The translations under genes and the position numbers were made by a program. Under the pieces are notes generated by a model, which did not search any database, was not told the DNA's origin, and was given only the letters and a program-made list of their open reading frames with translations. From Escherichia coli (GTDB lineage: Bacteria; Pseudomonadota; Gammaproteobacteria; Enterobacterales; Enterobacteriaceae), in NCBI GenBank assembly GCA_005400705.1, contig GCA_005400705.1_4079.1: a DNA stretch of 64,000 nt, one strand, 5' to 3'. Within the stretch, counting starts at the first letter, position 1. Each line of letters starts with the position of its first letter. This document shows, in pieces, positions 59,679 through 64,000 of this stretch.

Positions 59679-60869
59679 TTACAATTGTCTAGGTGTATCC
59701 AGTACATATCTATTTGTACGAGGACCACCATCATCATCAGTTCCGGTTGAATATATATTTTTCATATCAGCAGTTAGGAAAGTACGATACGAACCGCGAT
59801 ATATTTTTATTTTATCATACATAGAATATGTTATTTCTGACGGCAATGGACATGCAGTAAATTTACCAATGGTAACATCAGAACCAACACCCAATGTGCC
59901 AGCATAACTACTCGCATTTAAACCAGTTGCATATACACCTGCACTCGTAACTAGTATACTAGATTGTGTTGGGTATCCAGTATGAATTGAATACAAAGTA
60001 CCGGGTGGTAAGGTTGTACTATTGTTTCCTAAAACTCCATTAACAGTGCTAGATGTAGTTTTATTTCCCCATGCTCCATTATTAGCTAATCCACCAACTA
60101 GAAACTGACGTGCTCCTGTATTTGGATTCTCCACTAAAGCACTGACTGAACCCATTGAGCATACAGTGTATTGTAACGTTTTTGTGTATGTTGTACTTGG
60201 CTGATATAAAGTATATTCATTATATAAAGTCCATGTAGTGCTGGAACTTATACCGGATGTACCACCACCAATATATAAATTATTTTGTGTATCAAAAAAC
60301 ATTGCACAGCTATTTGTTGACATTATTTGTGCAATATCAACATCTGGTGTTACAGCTTTAACAAATGAACCATCGGTTATTTGTTGAGTTTTTCCAGTAC
60401 CATCAGCGAATTGTTTAGCCCCACTCCAACCAGTACTCCATATTGTATTATTATCCATTAAGAAAGTAAACCACGTAGTACCTGCATACATCTGTTTAAT
60501 TGAAGTACTTGAACTTTGTGTGAACAAATTTTCAATATATTGGTTATAACTTAAAAATGATGTAGTACTAGTTTCTAAACCAATATGACTACCATATCCA
60601 CAATAAAAATAATTTAAGTCATTATCTTGTACTAACAAAGTTCCTTCTGACATCCAACAATCGTTAACGTTTTCTCTAATTAATGTCCATGTTCTTAATG
60701 CAGTGTTGTTTCCTCTCCCAAACTTCCCAAAACTATTATTGCCTCGTGCGTATAGTTGACCATCAGTATAAAGTACAACAACATCACTATTGATTGGTAT
60801 TATTTTCTTAATTTGAAGAGGCTCAGGTGTAATATTTCCATAATCAAACATTCTAACAAAAGGTAACAT
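59679..60869 (-). CDS. RCC1-like repeat protein with conserved MLPFVRMFDYGNI N-terminus
   Basis: Start set to the ATG after AAGGAGGAAAT (track ORF extends 22 codons further into the upstream repeat); repeated G-x-N-x-x-G-x-x-G motifs (YARGNNSFGKFGRGN, YATGLNASSYAGTLGVG). Confidence 0.6.
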   Translation of the reverse strand: MLPFVRMFDYGNITPEPLQIKKIIPINSDVVVLYTDGQLYARGNNSFGKFGRGNNTALRTWTLIRENVNDCWMSEGTLLVQDNDLNYFYCGYGSHIGLETSTTSFLSYNQYIENLFTQSSSTSIKQMYAGTTWFTFLMDNNTIWSTGWSGAKQFADGTGKTQQITDGSFVKAVTPDVDIAQIMSTNSCAMFFDTQNNLYIGGGTSGISSSTTWTLYNEYTLYQPSTTYTKTLQYTVCSMGSVSALVENPNTGARQFLVGGLANNGAWGNKTTSSTVNGVLGNNSTTLPPGTLYSIHTGYPTQSSILVTSAGVYATGLNASSYAGTLGVGSDVTIGKFTACPLPSEITYSMYDKIKIYRGSYRTFLTADMKNIYSTGTDDDGGPRTNRYVLDTPRQL

Positions 60870-60939
60870 ATTTCCTCCTTTATTCATTATACTATATTTA
60901 ATACAAAAAGAAATGCCAGTATCAAGTACTGGCATAATA

Positions 60940-62118
60940 TTATCGGTTAAATTTAAAATCTGTTATGTGTGTCCATGTATGATTTAATGGTGTACTCATT
61001 GGTGTAAAGCCAGCAGGGTCTGACAAAGCTGTACCACGTGCGTACATAAATTGATTGCCAGTACAATCCATTATAGCATAAGAACGTGTTGCTGTGCCAC
61101 ATTTGAACCCAACTGCACTACTTGGGGTCGGTAATACTTCAAATGTAGGTGCATTTGAACTACCACCCCCATCTTTTGTTCCAGCTATGTACAGAACTCC
61201 ATTAGTATCAATGATTAAGTTAGTCCAATATGCTTGTTCTCGACCAGCATAAAAATATGTTAAATCACCGGGTACAAATGGTAACGTTCCTTTATATATT
61301 GTGGTATTAACATTCACTGGTGCACCAGCTACACCCCATGAACTCATATAGTTTCTCCCACTTGCGTAGAATGTAGTTCCTTTACCGTAAAGTATTAATG
61401 TTGCTTGACTTGTTCGCATTGCATTATATTCAAACTCAGGATCATCAGTAGCGTCCTTAAAAATCTGTGTCCATGTTGTTATATTGCCAGTAGTTGTAAC
61501 ACCCATTTGATAATAATAATTATCACCAGTAGCATAGAATTCTTTAGGGCCAGTTTGTACAATTGCATTCCCATTAGTTAACCAAAAATCTAATGTATTA
61601 GTCTTGATCTTGGTTGGTGTGTAATTCGCCACGGTATTTCCTTTTCCGAAATAACCATTAGCGTTATTTCCATGACCCCATAAATCACCATTAGTTGTGC
61701 GTAGGAATAATGTACCAGTATTGAATCCAACTTTTTCTATAGTACTTATGTCAATACCAACAGCAGTGTACTTCGTTGTAAAATCTTGAAAAGTACTCCA
61801 ATAATTTGATGAACCATTAAACATGGTTTGTCTGCCAGTGTACTTCACTTTATTATCGTTAGTGATAAGTAATGTCCCCCACACTGACGCGAACATTAAC
61901 TTAACATTTTCCATAACAAAGTATGGCTTACCGTATGCTGACGCGGTAGTGTTTAAACCTAATAGTTGTCCATCATTACTACAACCCCATACTTCGCCGT
62001 TATCCAAAAGCATCAACATAGTAGGTTTGCCAGATGATACATCCAAAAAGAAATCTTTTGGTGTTGGTACACCAGGTGTGATATTCCCATAATCAAACAA
62101 TCTTACAAAAGGTAACAT
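60940..62118 (-). CDS. RCC1-like repeat protein with conserved MLPFVRLFDYGNI N-terminus
   Basis: AAGGAGGGAAAT-ATG; motifs WGHGNNANGYFGKGN, YATGDNYYYQMGV. Confidence 0.6.
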   Translation of the reverse strand: MLPFVRLFDYGNITPGVPTPKDFFLDVSSGKPTMLMLLDNGEVWGCSNDGQLLGLNTTASAYGKPYFVMENVKLMFASVWGTLLITNDNKVKYTGRQTMFNGSSNYWSTFQDFTTKYTAVGIDISTIEKVGFNTGTLFLRTTNGDLWGHGNNANGYFGKGNTVANYTPTKIKTNTLDFWLTNGNAIVQTGPKEFYATGDNYYYQMGVTTTGNITTWTQIFKDATDDPEFEYNAMRTSQATLILYGKGTTFYASGRNYMSSWGVAGAPVNVNTTIYKGTLPFVPGDLTYFYAGREQAYWTNLIIDTNGVLYIAGTKDGGGSSNAPTFEVLPTPSSAVGFKCGTATRSYAIMDCTGNQFMYARGTALSDPAGFTPMSTPLNHTWTHITDFKFNR

Positions 62119-62189
62119 ATTTCCCTCCTTTATTCATTATACTATATTTAATACAAATAAGAATGCCAGTATCAAGTACTGGCATTATG

Positions 62190-63299
62190 TTATTTTGGTA
62201 AATCAATTTTAGTAAAGACTGCAACATCTTCACTTGCTCCTGGTATTGCGTAATAAGAACCAGTACTATACACATCTCCATTTTTGGTTAATATCGATGT
62301 CAAACCATCACTAAAAAGAACATCCCTAATCTCACTAACTTCAACTGGTAATTGTAAATTGGTAGCACTATATATAGCACCAGTTTGAGAATTGTTTAAT
62401 CCCAAACCACGGTTCGCCCCAACACCCTTCTGATATGTACTAGTAATTACCATTTGTGTAGCAGTATTTAAGGCAGGTGAATTCGTCATAAACAACGGAG
62501 AACTATTAGGCAAAGTACTTACAGGAACGGCACGGAATGTAGTCGTACCTGAACTAAGAAAGTTTGGAGTTTGACCACATACGAAATATGATGTACCATT
62601 ATAGTAATTGAATGCATTACCACCAATGGCTGCATCGATTACACCAGAACTACGCAATCCCCAAGTGTTAATTTGTGTTTGGTTCCCCGTACCATGCTGT
62701 CCACTACTATTCCATCCAGAACTATATAGCTTATTATCTAATGTAAGATACATACTATCATTCGCATTGGTCATTACTTTACGAACGTTCGTAGCACATT
62801 GAGTTAATGTGTAAATTGATGAGGAACCAATACCCAAAGAACCACGATATCCATTATCTCCTGCACCATAGAGTACTGAATTAGTGCTAAGTACAAATAT
62901 TAAACCATTTGTACATACAATATTAGCAATTTCACTTACTGGTATAGCATTGGTAAACCAATTAGTCCTTTCAACTAATACAGTACTGTAAGAAGTAGTT
63001 GTAGAAGATGAGAACCAGTACGTTTGACCTGATGTCCATATCGTATTATCATTTTTAATAATAACAAGTGTACGATCACCCACGAAAAAATTAGAAACAT
63101 CTGTACTTACTAATATCCATGAAGATACCGTGTTGGTATTACCATTTCCAGATTCACCACCTTGATTTCTACCTATGTAATATAAATCATGTGAATCAGT
63201 CAATAAGAATTGACCTTGTGTAGAAGCACCAACTTTAATTATATTTTTAGGACCAGGTACAATATTTCCGTACTTAACCATTCTTGCAAAAGGTAACAT
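62190..63299 (-). CDS. RCC1-like repeat protein with conserved MLPFARMVKYGNI N-terminus
   Basis: AAGGAGAGAATT-ATG; motifs YYIGRNQGGESGNGN, YGAGDNGYRGSLGIG, YSSGWNSSGQHGTGN. Confidence 0.6.
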   Translation of the reverse strand: MLPFARMVKYGNIVPGPKNIIKVGASTQGQFLLTDSHDLYYIGRNQGGESGNGNTNTVSSWILVSTDVSNFFVGDRTLVIIKNDNTIWTSGQTYWFSSSTTTSYSTVLVERTNWFTNAIPVSEIANIVCTNGLIFVLSTNSVLYGAGDNGYRGSLGIGSSSIYTLTQCATNVRKVMTNANDSMYLTLDNKLYSSGWNSSGQHGTGNQTQINTWGLRSSGVIDAAIGGNAFNYYNGTSYFVCGQTPNFLSSGTTTFRAVPVSTLPNSSPLFMTNSPALNTATQMVITSTYQKGVGANRGLGLNNSQTGAIYSATNLQLPVEVSEIRDVLFSDGLTSILTKNGDVYSTGSYYAIPGASEDVAVFTKIDLPK

Positions 63300-63309
63300 A
63301 ATTCTCTCC

Positions 63310-64000
63310 TTAATTTAATAATGCCCCTGGCAAATCCACTTTGACGAATTGTGCATATGCTGAGGAATTTTGATCAAAGTTTGGTCCCAATCCATAAAAT
63401 GAGCTAATGCCGTCTTCATTTGTGTATATGATATAAACGTTCTTTACATCATTTCCGCATATAAATCGAATGTCTTTCGTTTGTGTTCCCGCTGGAACAT
63501 TACGAAGGTTCACAACGCCATTACTTGCATTGTTATCAGCCGACGCAATTGGTAATTGATTTTGACCATATTGACCACGCATATTTTTTGCATCTAAACC
63601 AAACACAGTATTTGATACCGCACCAACTTTCAAAAATGAACCAAAACTATTATTGAATGACTTTGGAAATGTACCACTATAAACACTTCTCCCATCTGAT
63701 AATACCGCTGAACTGAATTTCCCGTTATTCGATATGGCAAATTCATTGTAAGGAAGTGTACCCATTTTGGTATATACAGAATATGAATTAGTGGAAGTAT
63801 TATCAATAATCTTATTACCATTATATCCAATACCATACTGGTATCCGTCTGCATCTTGAACTATACACAAAGGACCACTTGGGGTTTGTGTCAACGAAAC
63901 AACACGTTCAACTTGTATATCACCAAATGTATTTCTTCGCCATGTTCTATCTATTATAGTACTAGTATTACCCAAAGATAATTCCACACTATATAATAGA
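63310..64000 (-). CDS. repeat protein, 5' end beyond the window (partial); probable further paralog
   Basis: Open minus-strand frame runs to the window edge with no upstream stop; contains YGIGYNGNKIIDN and GLGPNFDQNS. Confidence 0.5.
   Translation of the reverse strand, partial: LLYSVELSLGNTSTIIDRTWRRNTFGDIQVERVVSLTQTPSGPLCIVQDADGYQYGIGYNGNKIIDNTSTNSYSVYTKMGTLPYNEFAISNNGKFSSAVLSDGRSVYSGTFPKSFNNSFGSFLKVGAVSNTVFGLDAKNMRGQYGQNQLPIASADNNASNGVVNLRNVPAGTQTKDIRFICGNDVKNVYIIYTNEDGISSFYGLGPNFDQNSSAYAQFVKVDLPGALLN

Noticed and set aside
60870-60935. N-terminal extension MPVLDTGISFCIKYSIMNKGGN on the 59679-60935 ORF, and ORF 62093-62281
   Set aside because: These are translations of the repeated inter-gene promoter/terminator cassette; the conserved start MLPF... 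preceded by AAGGAGG is the more plausible initiation site.
61823-62802. Plus-strand ORFs 61823-62092 and 62608-62802, and 29326-29580
   Set aside because: Antisense to the long minus-strand RCC1-like genes and the 28794-29948 gene; no SD; most likely frame shadows.

Overview
AT-rich (roughly one-third GC by eye), very gene-dense window that reads like the early/accessory region of a large virulent bacteriophage; the host cannot be assigned from sequence alone. About 64 kb is tiled almost entirely by short plus-strand genes with strong Shine-Dalgarno sites and frequent ATGA/overlapping stop-start junctions, punctuated by near-consensus sigma70-type promoters (TTGACA-N16/17-TGnTATAAT) and hairpin+T-run terminators. 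Recognisable content: an intein-interrupted C5 cytosine DNA methyltransferase, a tRNA island (about 8 tRNA or tRNA-like genes) interleaved with HNH homing endonucleases, a sigma70-family sigma factor, a NADAR/YbiA-like protein, a kinase-like protein and a P-loop NTPase. The most striking feature is paralogy: (i) about 24 small proteins sharing an E-E-x-[FY]-F-Q-x-S-[TL]-[VI] motif, (ii) two tandem arrays (3 + 7) of small multi-TM proteins, (iii) a minus-strand array at the right end of RCC1-like repeat proteins with a conserved MLPFVRMFDYGNI N-terminus plus two decayed copies, (iv) five MTHEEW-initiated small ORFs inside the tRNA island. The palindrome AGTACT(G) appears strongly over-represented in coding and non-coding DNA. 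A ~610 bp GC-enriched ORF-free stretch (35750-36360) is a candidate structured RNA. All functional calls rest on motif recognition by eye; no database search was run.
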